This document shows, one piece after another, positions 48,193 through 57,886 of a DNA stretch of 64,000 nt (the stretch's first letter is position 1; every line of letters starts with the position of its first letter). The stretch covers positions 8,582 through 72,581 of the forward strand of contig CAVXSJ010000001.1 of NCBI GenBank assembly GCA_963764385.1. Reading direction: 5' to 3'. The translations under genes were made by a program, and so were the position numbers. The stretch comes from an uncultured Solirubrobacteraceae bacterium. Its GTDB lineage: Bacteria > Actinomycetota > Thermoleophilia > Solirubrobacterales > Solirubrobacteraceae. The notes beneath the pieces were generated by a model. That model saw only the letters and a list, made by a program, of their open reading frames with translations, did no database searches and was not told the origin of the DNA.

Positions 48193-48893
48193 ACGACGGC
48201 ACCGGCCGCCGGACCCCCCGCGAGGTCGGCGAGGAGGCGGCCGCCCGCGCGCAGGAGACCGCCGAGAAGGCGCGCCTCACGTTCCGGCGGCTGTTCGGGC
48301 TGGACCGCTCCGGCCCGCCGCCGCCGCAGACGCTGGTCGGCCAGCCGCTGAACATCTGGACGATCCCCAACGCGATCGGCTTCGTGCGGCTCGCGCTGCT
48401 GCCCGTGTTCCTCGCGTTCGCGTTCTCCTCCGGCGACGGCGTCAGCCGCACGGCGGTGATCCTGTTCGCCGTCGTCGCGGGCAGCGACTACCTGGACGGC
48501 ATCGCGGCCCGGCTGACCGGCCAGTACTCGCGGTTCGGCGCGCTGCTGGACCCGGCGGTCGACCGGCTGCTCGTGCTCTCCGGCGTGGTCGTGTGCTGGC
48601 ACTTCGAGCTGCTCCCGCGGTGGGCGCTCGCGGTGCTCGTGGCGCGTGAGCTGTTCGTGGTCGGCCTCGTGCGCTGGGGCCTGCGCCGGCGCATGGACGC
48701 CAAGGTCAACTGGCTTGGGCGGGCGGGCGTGTGGCCGGTGATGGGAGGCCTGTTCTTCGGCATGGCGGGGCTGGCCACGCTGGGGGAGATTTGCCTCTAC
48801 CTGGGCCTCGTACTGGTGCTCGGCTCGACCGCCCAGTACGTTCGGGAAGCGATGCGCATGAGCCGCTCGCCGCAAGGCTCAAGCTCAGCTTGA
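48174..48893 (+). CDS. pgsA: CDP-alcohol phosphatidyltransferase (PgsA type)
   Basis: PNAIGFVRL, DYLDGIAARLTGQYSRFGALLDPAVDR motif, multi-TM. Confidence 0.85.
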   Translation: MAQPPVNDGTGRRTPREVGEEAAARAQETAEKARLTFRRLFGLDRSGPPPPQTLVGQPLNIWTIPNAIGFVRLALLPVFLAFAFSSGDGVSRTAVILFAVVAGSDYLDGIAARLTGQYSRFGALLDPAVDRLLVLSGVVVCWHFELLPRWALAVLVARELFVVGLVRWGLRRRMDAKVNWLGRAGVWPVMGGLFFGMAGLATLGEICLYLGLVLVLGSTAQYVREAMRMSRSPQGSSSA

Positions 48894-48939
48894 CATTGCT
48901 ATGGTCCCGGACATCACGCGAGGAGAGGACACGACCACG

Positions 48940-49197
48940 ATGGACACATTCCCTGACCTGGGGTCCCTCTCCGACCAGGAACTCAAGGACCTCATCCAGC
49001 AGCTCACGGATGAAGAGCAGGAGGTGTCGTATCGCCGGCGGATCCTCCACGGCAAGATCGACATCCTCCGCGCCGAGCTCGTGAACCGCCTGCGCAAGAA
49101 GCACGAGGGCGGCGAAGAAGTCATCTCCGGTGCCGACGTCCAGCGCCTGACCGACATCCTGGCCGGGCGAGCTTCGGGCGGCGGCGAGGCGCTCTAG
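48940..49197 (+). CDS. Small coiled-coil protein with a single RsiG-like c-di-GMP-binding motif
   Basis: GAGGAGAGGA lies 10 nt upstream of ATG 48940; the ORF is open from ATG 48901. The helix LTDEEQEVSYRRRILHGKIDILRAEL fits E-x3-S-x2-R-x3-(Q>H)-x3-D. Confidence 0.55.
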   Translation: MDTFPDLGSLSDQELKDLIQQLTDEEQEVSYRRRILHGKIDILRAELVNRLRKKHEGGEEVISGADVQRLTDILAGRASGGGEAL

Positions 49198-49218
49198 CCC
49201 CGGTCGGGGCTCAGCCGC

Positions 49219-49692
49219 GTGGCCCGCCACTGTCCAGAGTGCGGATTCGTCGTCACCGACGGGGCGAACTACTGCCCCAAGTGCGGCGCGTTCCAGGGCA
49301 CGCATGAGCCGACGCGCGACGACGCGACGACCGCGACGTACATCATCGACGAGACGACCGGAGAGCTACGGCCGGTCGACGTCGGTGATGTCGCGGCCGA
49401 AAGCGGCGCGCTCGTCATCCGCTCCGGCGGCGGGCGGGTCGGGCAGTCTTTCGCGCTGCACGGCGAGCGGCTCGCGATCGGGCGCACCCCCGAGGCCGAG
49501 ATCTTCCTCGACGACGTGACCGTCTCGCGCGACCACGCCGTGCTCGTACGGCGCTCGGGCGACTGGTACCTCGACGACTCCGGTTCGCTCAACGGCACCT
49601 ACGTGAACCGCCGGCGCATCGACTCGCATCGCCTCGAGGACGGCGACGAGTTGCAGATCGGCAAATACAAGCTGACCTACTTGGCCCGTTAG
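49219..49692 (+). CDS. FHA-domain protein with an N-terminal zinc ribbon (GarA/OdhI-like position)
   Basis: CPECG...CPKCG zinc ribbon. FHA core: [25 protein letters not shown]...[14 protein letters not shown]...[11 protein letters not shown]. Confidence 0.85.
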   Translation: MARHCPECGFVVTDGANYCPKCGAFQGTHEPTRDDATTATYIIDETTGELRPVDVGDVAAESGALVIRSGGGRVGQSFALHGERLAIGRTPEAEIFLDDVTVSRDHAVLVRRSGDWYLDDSGSLNGTYVNRRRIDSHRLEDGDELQIGKYKLTYLAR

Positions 49693-49694
49693 AC

Positions 49695-50498
49695 GTGGCC
49701 GACCCGACCCGCACGCAAGCGGACGGCGACGCTGCCCGGTCACCCGAAGGGCCGCCTCCGGGCACGGGCAAGTCGCTGACCATCGGGGCGGTCTGCAAGG
49801 CGCTCTCGCAGGAGTTCCCGGACATCTCGATCTCCAAGATCCGGTACCTGGAGGACCAGAAGCTGCTGCAGCCGCGGCGCACGCCCGGCGGCTACCGGCT
49901 CTACTCCTCGACCGACGTCTCGCGGCTGCGCACGATCCTGCGCATGCAGCGCGACGAGTTCCTGCCGCTGCGGGTGATCCGCCAGGAGCTGGCCGCGGGC
50001 CGCACGTCCGACGAAGAGGTGCCGGCGCCCACCACCCCCGGCGCGGCGGCCGCCGGCGACGCGCGCCCCGGCGCCGCGCTGCGGCGGCTGACGTTCTCGA
50101 TCCGGGCGGGCGGTGCGCTGTACTCGCTCGAGGACGTCGTCGAGGACACGGGCGCCGACCCGAAGCTGGTCTCCGAGCTCGAGGACTACGGGATCGTCAA
50201 GGGCGAGCAGCGCGGCGGGCCGGGCGGGCCGACCTACTACGACGAGACCGAGCGCGAGATCGTGCGGGCCGTCACCGAGCTCTCCCGGTACGGCGTCGCA
50301 GGGCGCAACCTGCGCGTGTTCCGCACCTCCGCGGAGCGCGAGGCCGCGTTGCTGCAGCAGATCCTCGCCCCGGCGCTGCGCTCGCGCAACCCGGAGCGCC
50401 GCAAGGAGGCCGTCGAGGCGCTGGAGAACCTCGCCGCGGTCGCTTCGCACCTCAAGCACCTGCTGCTGGTCCGGGATCTGAGGCGGATCGCCAAGTGA
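49695..50498 (+). CDS. MerR-family regulator (FtsR-like, conserved downstream of the FHA gene)
   Basis: [65 protein letters not shown]. Confidence 0.8.
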   Translation: MADPTRTQADGDAARSPEGPPPGTGKSLTIGAVCKALSQEFPDISISKIRYLEDQKLLQPRRTPGGYRLYSSTDVSRLRTILRMQRDEFLPLRVIRQELAAGRTSDEEVPAPTTPGAAAAGDARPGAALRRLTFSIRAGGALYSLEDVVEDTGADPKLVSELEDYGIVKGEQRGGPGGPTYYDETEREIVRAVTELSRYGVAGRNLRVFRTSAEREAALLQQILAPALRSRNPERRKEAVEALENLAAVASHLKHLLLVRDLRRIAK

Positions 50499-51022
50499 GC
50501 GCCGAGTCGCTCCGGGATCACATCCGCGACATTCCGGACTTCCCCAAGCCGGGGATCGTCTTCAAGGACATCACGCCGCTGCTGCTCGACTCCGCCGCGC
50601 TCGACGAGGCGGTCGGCCTGCTGGCCGAGTGGGCGCGCCCGCGGAACATCGACCTCGTGCTGGCGGCCGAGGCGCGCGGGTTCATCCTCGGCGCGGCGCT
50701 CGCGCGCGAGCTGGGCGCAGGCTTCGTACCGGCGCGCAAGCCGGGCAAGCTCCCGCACGACACCGTCTCGGCGGAGTACATCCTCGAGTACGGCGTCGAC
50801 GCGCTGGAGATGCACGCCGACGCGCTCGCCGACGGCGCGCGGGTCCTCCTCCACGACGATCTGCTGGCCACGGGCGGGACGGCGCGCGCGCTCGCGCAGC
50901 TCGCCGAGGGCGCCGGTGCCCAGATCGCCGGCTGCGCGTTCCTCGTCGAGCTCGCGTTCCTCAACGGGCGCGACCAGCTCGCGGACTACGACGTCCACGC
51001 GCTGATCTCGTACGAGGCCTAG
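50495..51022 (+). CDS. apt: Adenine phosphoribosyltransferase
   Basis: [41 protein letters not shown]. Confidence 0.92.
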   Translation: MSAESLRDHIRDIPDFPKPGIVFKDITPLLLDSAALDEAVGLLAEWARPRNIDLVLAAEARGFILGAALARELGAGFVPARKPGKLPHDTVSAEYILEYGVDALEMHADALADGARVLLHDDLLATGGTARALAQLAEGAGAQIAGCAFLVELAFLNGRDQLADYDVHALISYEA

Positions 51023-51089
51023 TGGTCCGGCCTGTGAGTCGTGGCCCCGATCGATCCGACGGCGTCAGGACTCGCAGGATGGGCCACCG

Positions 51090-51518
51090 GTGAACGTCCG
51101 GCGCTCGCGGACCGTGCCGTCGCCGCTCGACCACGTCTGGGCGGTGGTCGGCGACCCGTACCAGCTCCCGCGCTGGTGGCCGCTGACCGAGCGGGTCGAG
51201 TCGGTCGACGCGGACGCCTGGACGTCGGTGCTGCGCAGCGACCGTGGCAAGCCGGTGCGCGCCGACTACAAGGTGGAGGTCCACGAGCCGCCTCGGCGGC
51301 GCGTGTGGGCGCAGCAGATCGCCGGCAGCCCGTTCGAGCGGGTGCTGCGCGAGCAGCGCACGGAGGTCGCGCTCGCGGAGTCCGGCGCCGGCACCACGAT
51401 CACGCTGATCGTCGCGCAGAAGGCGCGCGGCACCGCGAAGCTCGGCGGGTTCATGTTTCGCCACGCGACCCGCAAGCGGCTCGAGGCGGCGCTCGACCGC
51501 CTCGAAGCGGTGCTGTAG
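51090..51518 (+). CDS. SRPBCC (polyketide cyclase/START-like) family protein
   Basis: 142 aa. The N-terminal VPSPLDHVWAVVGDPYQLPRWWP is typical of the family. Confidence 0.65.
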   Translation: MNVRRSRTVPSPLDHVWAVVGDPYQLPRWWPLTERVESVDADAWTSVLRSDRGKPVRADYKVEVHEPPRRRVWAQQIAGSPFERVLREQRTEVALAESGAGTTITLIVAQKARGTAKLGGFMFRHATRKRLEAALDRLEAVL

Positions 51519-53132
51519 GTGCGCGAGCAGGTCTTCTGGGGCTGGGGCGAGCCCGGGGCGGGGCCGCGGCTGCCCGAGCATGCCGAGGCGTTCCTGCGCG
51601 ACGAGCTCGGGGTGCCGGGCGGCGTGGTCGACACGCCCGTCGCGCTCGAGGCCGTGTCGCTGCCCGAGCCGCGGCTGCCGGAGGCGCTGCGGCGCGAGCT
51701 GGAGACGATCGTCGGCACCGTGCGCGACGACCGGTCCACCCGGGTGCTGCGCTGCCGCGGCAAGAGCTACCTCGACCTGCTGGCCCAGCGCGCGGGCGAT
51801 TGCGCCTCCGCCCCTGACGCGGTCGTGCGCCCCGCGGACCACGAGCAGGTCCTGGCCGTGCTGCGCGCGTGCGCCGAGGCCGACGTGGCGGTGGTGCCGT
51901 TCGGCGGCGGGACGAGCGTCGTGGGCGGCCTGGAGGCGTCGCGCGAGGGCTTCGAGGGCGTGCTCTCGCTCGACCTCGGCGGGATGGACCGGCTGATGGG
52001 CGTCGACGAGCGTTCGCTGACCGCCCGCTTCGAGCCGGGGATCCGGCTGCCCGAGGCGGATCGGGCGCTGCGCGAGCACGGCCTCACGCTGGCCCACGTG
52101 CCGCAGAGCTACGAGTGGGCGACGGTCGGCGGCTGCGTCGCGACCCGCTCGGCGGGGCAGTCCTCGACGGGGAACGGGCGGATCGACGAGAACGTCGTCT
52201 CGCTGCGCTGCGCGACGCCAGCGGGCGAGATCGCCACGGTGGGCGTTCCGGCCACAGCGGCCGGGCCGTCGCTGCGCCAGCTGCTGGTGGGCTCCGAGGG
52301 CGCGCTGGGCGTGATCACCCGGGCCGACCTGCACGTGCGCGCGGCGCCGGAGACCTCGCGCTTCGAGGGCTGGCTGGTGCGTTCGTTCGGAGAGGGCTGC
52401 GAGATGCTCCGCGACCTCGAGCAGTCGGGGCTGGCCTCCGACGTGGCGCGGCTCTCCGACGAGACGGAGACCCGGGTGGGGCTGGCCATGGCGGGCCGCG
52501 GCAGCGTCGCGCGGCGGGCCGGCGTGGCCGCGACGCGGGCGCTCGGCTACGGCGACGGCTGCCTGCTCGTGCTCGGCTGGGAGGGCGAGGAGCGCACCAT
52601 CTCCGCGCGGCGGCGCCCCGTCGGCAACCTGCTTCGCCATTCGGGAGCGCTCCCGGCGGGCCGCGGCGTGGGCGAGGGCTGGGCGCGGACGCGCTTCGCG
52701 GGCCCGCACCTGCGCGACGACCTGCTCGACCGCGCGGTGCTGGTGGAGACGCTGGAGACGGCGGCGAGCTGGACCGACCTCGAGCGGGTCCGCACCGACG
52801 TCGTGGGGGCGCTGCGCGGCGCGCTCGGGAGCCCGCTGGTCGGCTGCCACGTCTCCCACCTGTACGCGACCGGCGCGTCGCTGTACTTCACCGTCCTGGC
52901 CGCCCGCGATCGCGAGGATCCCGCCGGCCAGTGGCGGCGCGCGAAGACGGCCGCCGGCGACGCGATCGCCGCCGCGGGCGCCACCATCACCCACCACCAC
53001 GCCGTCGGGCGCGACCACGAGCCGTGGATGGCCGCCGAGCACGGCCCGCTCGGCGTCGAGCTGCTGCGCACGCTGAAGGAGCGCTGCGACCCGGCCGGGA
53101 TCATGAACCCCGGCGTCCTAGTGGGTCGCTGA
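51519..53132 (+). CDS. FAD-linked oxidase (alkyl-DHAP-synthase / glycolate-oxidase-like)
   Basis: FAD-binding PCMH segment (VVPFGGGTSVVGG, LVGSEGALGVIT) and the C-terminal HHHAVGRDH...DPAGIMNPG. Confidence 0.8.
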   Translation: MREQVFWGWGEPGAGPRLPEHAEAFLRDELGVPGGVVDTPVALEAVSLPEPRLPEALRRELETIVGTVRDDRSTRVLRCRGKSYLDLLAQRAGDCASAPDAVVRPADHEQVLAVLRACAEADVAVVPFGGGTSVVGGLEASREGFEGVLSLDLGGMDRLMGVDERSLTARFEPGIRLPEADRALREHGLTLAHVPQSYEWATVGGCVATRSAGQSSTGNGRIDENVVSLRCATPAGEIATVGVPATAAGPSLRQLLVGSEGALGVITRADLHVRAAPETSRFEGWLVRSFGEGCEMLRDLEQSGLASDVARLSDETETRVGLAMAGRGSVARRAGVAATRALGYGDGCLLVLGWEGEERTISARRRPVGNLLRHSGALPAGRGVGEGWARTRFAGPHLRDDLLDRAVLVETLETAASWTDLERVRTDVVGALRGALGSPLVGCHVSHLYATGASLYFTVLAARDREDPAGQWRRAKTAAGDAIAAAGATITHHHAVGRDHEPWMAAEHGPLGVELLRTLKERCDPAGIMNPGVLVGR

Positions 53133-54263
53133 CTCCAGGCGGCGGATGTCGGGGACGGCGAGGAGCGCCGCGGCCGAGGCGAACGTCAGGCCGGCGGCCA
53201 GCAGCAGCGCCGGCTCGAGGCCCATCACCTCCGACAACGGCCCCCACAGGGCGGCGCCGATCGGCGCGAACACGATCGATCCAAACCAGTCGTAGGCGCT
53301 GACGCGGGACAGCGACTCGATCGGGATGTGGGTCTGCAGCGTGGCCTCCCAGACGGTGTTGCCGAACATCATCCCGAAGCCGATCAGCACGGCCCCGAGC
53401 GCGACCACGCCCGTCGGCGCGCCCACGGCGAGCAGCGCGAGGGCCGGCGCGCCGAAGAAGCAGGTCCGGGCGACCATCAGCATCGGCCGGCGCAGCGTGC
53501 CGCGGATCGCCGCCACGGCGCCGATCAGGGCGCCGACGCCGAGCGAGCCGAGGATCACGCCCCAGGCGGCCGCGCCGCCCAGCTCCCGGTCGGCGATCAC
53601 CGGCCCGAGGACGCTCCACGCGCCCCACACCAGGTTCGCCACCGCCGCCCACACCACGAACGTCCACACCCACGTGTAGGAGCGGAACGTGTCCCAGCCG
53701 TCGCGGAGGTCGGCGAGGAACGACGTCGCGGCGCGCTCGGCGCGCGGCGCCACGCTCAGCGCCGCCAGGAACGCCGCGCTGACCGCGAACGTCGCGGCGT
53801 CGATGCCCAGCGCCCACCCGGCGCCGAAGCCGGCGACGAGGATCCCGGCCAGCAGCGGGCCCGCGATCTCGCTCACCGAGTAGACGGCGGCGCGGATGCC
53901 GTTGGCCTGCTGGAGGTGCTCCGGCGAGACGATGCCCGGGAGCAGCCCGACCGCCGCCGGGTTGAAGAAGCCGCCGGCCGCGCCCGTGATGCCCGCCAGC
54001 ACGGCGATCGTCCAGACGTCGGCGGCGCCCGCGATCAGCAGCCCCGCCATCAGCCCCTGGCTCGCGAGCCGCACCAGGTCGGAGACGACCATCACGCCGC
54101 GCCGCGACACGCGGTCGGCGACCACGCCGCCGAGCAGCAGGCACGCCACGAGCGGGAGCGTCCTGGCGGCGAGCACGAGGCCCACCTCGGTCGGCGAGCC
54201 GTCGATCTCGAGCACGGCGAAGGCGAGCGCGACGGCCACCATCCGGTCGCCGAACATGGACAC
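53118..54263 (-). CDS. MFS transporter (EntS/MFS_3-like); the start codon is unclear
   Basis: 12-TM-like protein. The conserved N-terminal RDFRLLLGAQGVSMFGD lies upstream of the first canonical in-frame start (GTG 54263). The frame is open up to 54337. Confidence 0.7.
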   Translation of the reverse strand: MSMFGDRMVAVALAFAVLEIDGSPTEVGLVLAARTLPLVACLLLGGVVADRVSRRGVMVVSDLVRLASQGLMAGLLIAGAADVWTIAVLAGITGAAGGFFNPAAVGLLPGIVSPEHLQQANGIRAAVYSVSEIAGPLLAGILVAGFGAGWALGIDAATFAVSAAFLAALSVAPRAERAATSFLADLRDGWDTFRSYTWVWTFVVWAAVANLVWGAWSVLGPVIADRELGGAAAWGVILGSLGVGALIGAVAAIRGTLRRPMLMVARTCFFGAPALALLAVGAPTGVVALGAVLIGFGMMFGNTVWEATLQTHIPIESLSRVSAYDWFGSIVFAPIGAALWGPLSEVMGLEPALLLAAGLTFASAAALLAVPDIRRLESATH

Positions 54264-54337
54264 GCCCTGAGCGCCCAGGAGGAGCCGGAAGTCGCGCTCC
54301 CGGAGTACGTTCGAGGTTGGCCCGCAGGCCCGGAAGG

Positions 54338-55382
54338 CTAGCTCTGGCCGCCGGGCAACGTGCCCCGCAGGATGACCTGGCCGGGCCGCTTCGCGTTCGC
54401 GCTGTTGGCGGCGGCCCGCGCGACGACGACCGAGTCGTAGTCGGCCAGCCACTTCGCGAAGTCGGCCTCCTGGCCCTCCTGGGGTCCGCCGGTCGTGAAG
54501 ACGTTGTCGTCGCCGACCTGGGTCTGGGCGAAGCCGAGGTTGCGCGGCGTCCCGCCCTTCTTGGTGAACCAGACCGCGTAGACCTCCTGCGCCTTGTTCT
54601 TCGGCACGCTGTCGGCGGCCAGCGCGAACACCAGCTTGCCGTCCTCGCGGCGGAACACGCGCATCAGGCCCTGGGACTTGTTGCCGATGCCCTTCAGCGG
54701 CACCTCGTTGACGACCTCGGGCGTGGCGGTCGCCGTCGCGGTCGGGGTGGCGCTGTCGCTGCTGGCGGTCTGCGGGTCGTCGTCGCCGTTGCCGGTGAGC
54801 AGCAGCACGAGGGCGACGCCGACGACGATCACGATGGCGCCGAGCACGAGCGCGCCGCCGAGGCGGGAGGAGCGGGGCGTGATGGCGTTGCCGGCGCTCG
54901 GGGTCGGCGCAGCGGGCTCGGGAGCCGGCTCGGCGGCCGGTCGGCCGAAGGCGTCGGATTCGGGCTTGGGCGGCGGGCTTCTTGGCGTCGCGCACCGGGC
55001 GCGGCCGGCGGGCGGCCGGCGCTGCCTCTTGGACCTCGGCGTCGGGGACCTCGGGCAGCTCCGCGCCGTCGACCTCCGACAGCCGATCGGTGACCTCGAC
55101 GGCCCACGCGCGCCACGCGGGCATGCGCGCGACCGCCGCGGCGGTCTGCGCGGCCTCGCCGTTGTCCTGCTGGCCGAGGATCCAGTCGGCCACCACGCCG
55201 TCCTCGCCGACCGGGGCCACGCGCTCGGGCGCCAGCGCGGCGAGCGCCGTATGGGCGCGGTCGCGCACCCCGGCCTCGGGCAGCCCGAGCATCTCTGAGA
55301 GCTCCGAGTAGGACCGGCCCTGGCGCAGCAGCAGCTCCAGCACGGCGCGCTGGTCGGGGGCAAGGGCTCGTAGGGGGCTCAT
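54338..55382 (-). pseudogene. Sigma-70 region-4 HTH, TM helix and RskA-like extracytoplasmic domain protein, frameshifted near 54970
   Basis: ATG 55382. N-terminus LAPDQRAVLELLLRQGRSYSELSEMLGLPEAGVRDRAHTAL (region 4.2-like). After the shift: TM helix LGGALVLGAIVIVVGVALVLLL and a C-terminal domain with EVYAVWFTKKGGTPRNLGF (anti-sigma-K RskA-like). Confidence 0.6.
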
Positions 55383-55454
55383 CGGCAGCGGAGAGGGTAG
55401 TGGCTCTCTGTAAGAACAGCCCAAGGTGCAGGGCGTCTATCCTGCCGGGCCGCG

Positions 55455-55817
55455 ATGGCTCCCTTCGACGCCCTCTACGGCCTGCAGGTCGACGCCGCCG
55501 GGAGCGAGGAGGCGCGGGGGCGCGTCGAGGTCTCCAACCGCGTCAAGCAGCCCGCCGGGCTCGTCCATGGCGGCATCTACGCCTCGATGGCCGAATCGCT
55601 GGCCACCATCGCCACCGCCGAGGCGGTCGGCGAGGGGAAGGCGACGGTGGGGTACTCGAGCCAGACCAGCTTCCTGCGCCCGATCCTCGCGGGCACCGTC
55701 CACGCCGCCGGCCGCCCGCGCCACCGCGGCCGCTCGACCTGGGTGTGGGAGTTCGACATCACCGACGACGAGGGCCGCCTGTGCGCCCTCGTCCGGATGA
55801 CCGTCGCGGTCAAGTAG
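55455..55817 (+). CDS. PaaI-family hotdog thioesterase
   Basis: NRVKQPAGLVHGGIYASMAESLA...GRSTWVWEFDITDDEGRLCAL. Confidence 0.8.
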   Translation: MAPFDALYGLQVDAAGSEEARGRVEVSNRVKQPAGLVHGGIYASMAESLATIATAEAVGEGKATVGYSSQTSFLRPILAGTVHAAGRPRHRGRSTWVWEFDITDDEGRLCALVRMTVAVK

Positions 55818-56348
55818 TCAGGCGCCGCGGCCGATCCAGGCCTCGGCGAACTCGCGCACCTGCGGGTCGGCCGGGTCGTCGGACCGCAGCAGCCGCCGCC
55901 ACGCCGCGGCCGTGACCGCCCCGGCCCCCTCGCGCCGCGCCAGGATCACCTGCTGCCCCGCCGCCGCCACCTCGGCGTCGAAGGGGCCGCTGACGTCGTC
56001 CTGCACCCGCCGCAGGGCCGCCGGTGGGCGCGGCGCGTCGTAGAAGAGGATCACGTCGCCGAGCTCGAGCGCATGGAGGATCTCGTCCGGGCTCAGCCGG
56101 CCCTCGCGCGTGGGCAGGCGCGGGTGGTGGGCGCCGCTGGTCGGCGGGTCGGTGAGCCCGTCGAGCGGGACGTGCTCGCCGGCGGGGAGGTGGCGCGAGC
56201 CGCGGTCGGGCTGCAGCTCGCCCGGGCCCGAGGCCGTCGAGCCGTCGCTCACCCCGGCGTCGTCGCGCGAGTTGGCGAGCAGCACCAGGCCGGCCAGGCC
56301 GCCGATCACCAGCACGGCGCCGGCCAGGACCACCACGATCTTGCGCAC
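55818..56348 (-). CDS. DUF3105-family membrane-anchored protein
   Basis: N-terminal TM helix, PPTSGAHHP and ILHALELGDVILFYD blocks. The GTG start shares one base with the upstream stop. Confidence 0.6.
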   Translation of the reverse strand: MRKIVVVLAGAVLVIGGLAGLVLLANSRDDAGVSDGSTASGPGELQPDRGSRHLPAGEHVPLDGLTDPPTSGAHHPRLPTREGRLSPDEILHALELGDVILFYDAPRPPAALRRVQDDVSGPFDAEVAAAGQQVILARREGAGAVTAAAWRRLLRSDDPADPQVREFAEAWIGRGA

Positions 56349-57793
56349 TAGGGCCTGTCTTCCCCCCTGCCGCGGCCTTGCGCCGGCTCGCCGGGGCGGC
56401 GCTTGGCGCCCGTCTTGGCCACGCCGGCGACCTGGGCAGCTCCGCGATCGACGCCTCGAGGTCGTGCGCGACGTCGTCGAGCTCGGGCAGCGCGTCGTAG
56501 TCGCCGAGCAGGCCGAAGCCGAGCCGGCCGTCGTAGGACATGATCGCGATCCCCAGCGCCGTGTTGAGCGTGAGCGGGACCTGCGGATAGAAGCGCCGCA
56601 TCCGGCGGCCCATCAGGTAGAGGGGGAACTGCGGGCCGGGGACGTTCGTGACGACGAGGTTGAAGAAGCGCTGGCGGGTCTGCAGCCGGGCCGCCTGGTC
56701 GAGGATCGTGGGCGCCGCGAAGCCGGTCGAGGCGCGTCAGCACCTCGGCGCCGACCGCCTGGCCCGAGCCCTTCAGGTCGCCCATCGCGTCGTGGACGAT
56801 CCGGAAGCGCTGGGCGGCGTCGGGCTCGTAGACGGGAAGCGGCGCGTACATCGCCGCCACGCGATTGCCGAGCGCGCCGCGCTCGGCCTCCGCCCGGATC
56901 GAGACCGGGACCATCGCCTTCAGCTCGAGGCCCTCGGGGTCGCGCCCGCGGCGGATCACGAACGCCCGCAGCGCGCCCGCCACGGCGGTGAGCACGACGT
57001 CGTTGACGGTCCCGCCGAGCGCCGCCTTGATCGCCTTGAACTCGCTCAGGTCGGCGTCCACCCAGGCGAACCGCCGGTGAGGGCCGATGCGGACGTTGAG
57101 CGGGCTCGGCGGCGCGCCCGACACGCCGGCGCGCGCCATCGCCGCCAGGCCGCCGACCGCGCGGCCGGCGCGCTCAGGATGGCGGGCGGAGCCGATCGCT
57201 CCCCGCGCGGCATGCACCGGCGCGGCGGCGCTCTCGGCCAGCGACGCGGACAGCAGCGCGGCGCCGCTCGGCTCCGGGCGCGGGAACCAGGGCGGCGCGG
57301 GGGCCGGCTCGGGCGGGTCGGCCTCCAGGTCGAAGAGCACGGTCGAGATGTCCACGCCCGAGACGCCGTCGACGAGCGCGTGGTGGGTCTTGGAGACGAT
57401 CGCGAACGAGTCCTCGCCGACCTTGTCGACCAGCCACAGCTCCCACAGCGGCTTCGAGCGGTCGAGGCCCTGGGCGAACACCCGCCCGGCGAGGCGCCGG
57501 AGCGCCTCCTCGCCGCCCGGCGCGGGGAGCGCGGTGTGGCGAACGTGGTAGCCGGCGTTGAAGTGCGGGTCGTCGATCCACACCGGCCGCGACTGCACGA
57601 AGGGCGGATACGCGAGCTTCTGCCGGTAGCGCGGGACGAGGTGCAGCCGCTGCTCGATCGCCGCCACGAGGTCCTCGTAGGGCGGCGCCTCGCCGTCGAA
57701 GAGCAGCACCGAGCCGACGTGCATGTGCGCGCCGCTGCGCTCGAGCGAGAGGAAGGAGGCGTCGAGACCGCTGAGCCGGTCGGGGTTCGGCAT
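56348..57793 (-). CDS. Wax-ester synthase / diacylglycerol acyltransferase (WS/DGAT); about 95 codons (56435-56728) are encoded out of frame
   Basis: ATG 57793. Motifs seen: LDASFLSLE, HMHVGSVLLF, the active site HHALVDGVSG, and NDVVLT. The conserved distal block FNLVVTNVPGPQFPLYLMGRRMRRFYPQVPL...GIAIMSYDGRLGFGLLGD is in the frame of ORF 55810..56613. The frame then returns, so the ORF is continuous. Confidence 0.8.
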   Translation of the reverse strand: MPNPDRLSGLDASFLSLERSGAHMHVGSVLLFDGEAPPYEDLVAAIEQRLHLVPRYRQKLAYPPFVQSRPVWIDDPHFNAGYHVRHTALPAPGGEEALRRLAGRVFAQGLDRSKPLWELWLVDKVGEDSFAIVSKTHHALVDGVSGVDISTVLFDLEADPPEPAPAPPWFPRPEPSGAALLSASLAESAAAPVHAARGAIGSARHPERAGRAVGGLAAMARAGVSGAPPSPLNVRIGPHRRFAWVDADLSEFKAIKAALGGTVNDVVLTAVAGALRAFVIRRGRDPEGLELKAMVPVSIRAEAERGALGNRVAAMYAPLPVYEPDAAQRFRIVHDAMGDLKGSGQAVGAEVLTRLDRLRGAHDPRPGGPAADPPALLQPRRHERPRPAVPPLPDGPPDAALLSAGPAHAQHGAGDRDHVLRRPARLRPARRLRRAARARRRRARPRGVDRGAAQVAGVAKTGAKRRPGEPAQGRGRGEDRP

Positions 57794-57821
57794 GGCGCGG
57801 ATTCTCGCGGTTCGCGCCAGG

Positions 57822-57849
57822 TTTGCAAACCTTAGACATCGTGTAGAAT
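57822..57849 (+). promoter_or_regulatory. Candidate sigma-70-type promoter for the ECF sigma gene (TTTGCA, 16 nt, TAGAAT)
   Basis: An AT-richer patch in the divergent intergenic region: -35-like hexamer at 57822-57827 and -10-like hexamer at 57844-57849. Confidence 0.3.
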
Positions 57850-57886
57850 GTTCTTCAACAACCTGATGAGTCTCAAAGGACATCGC

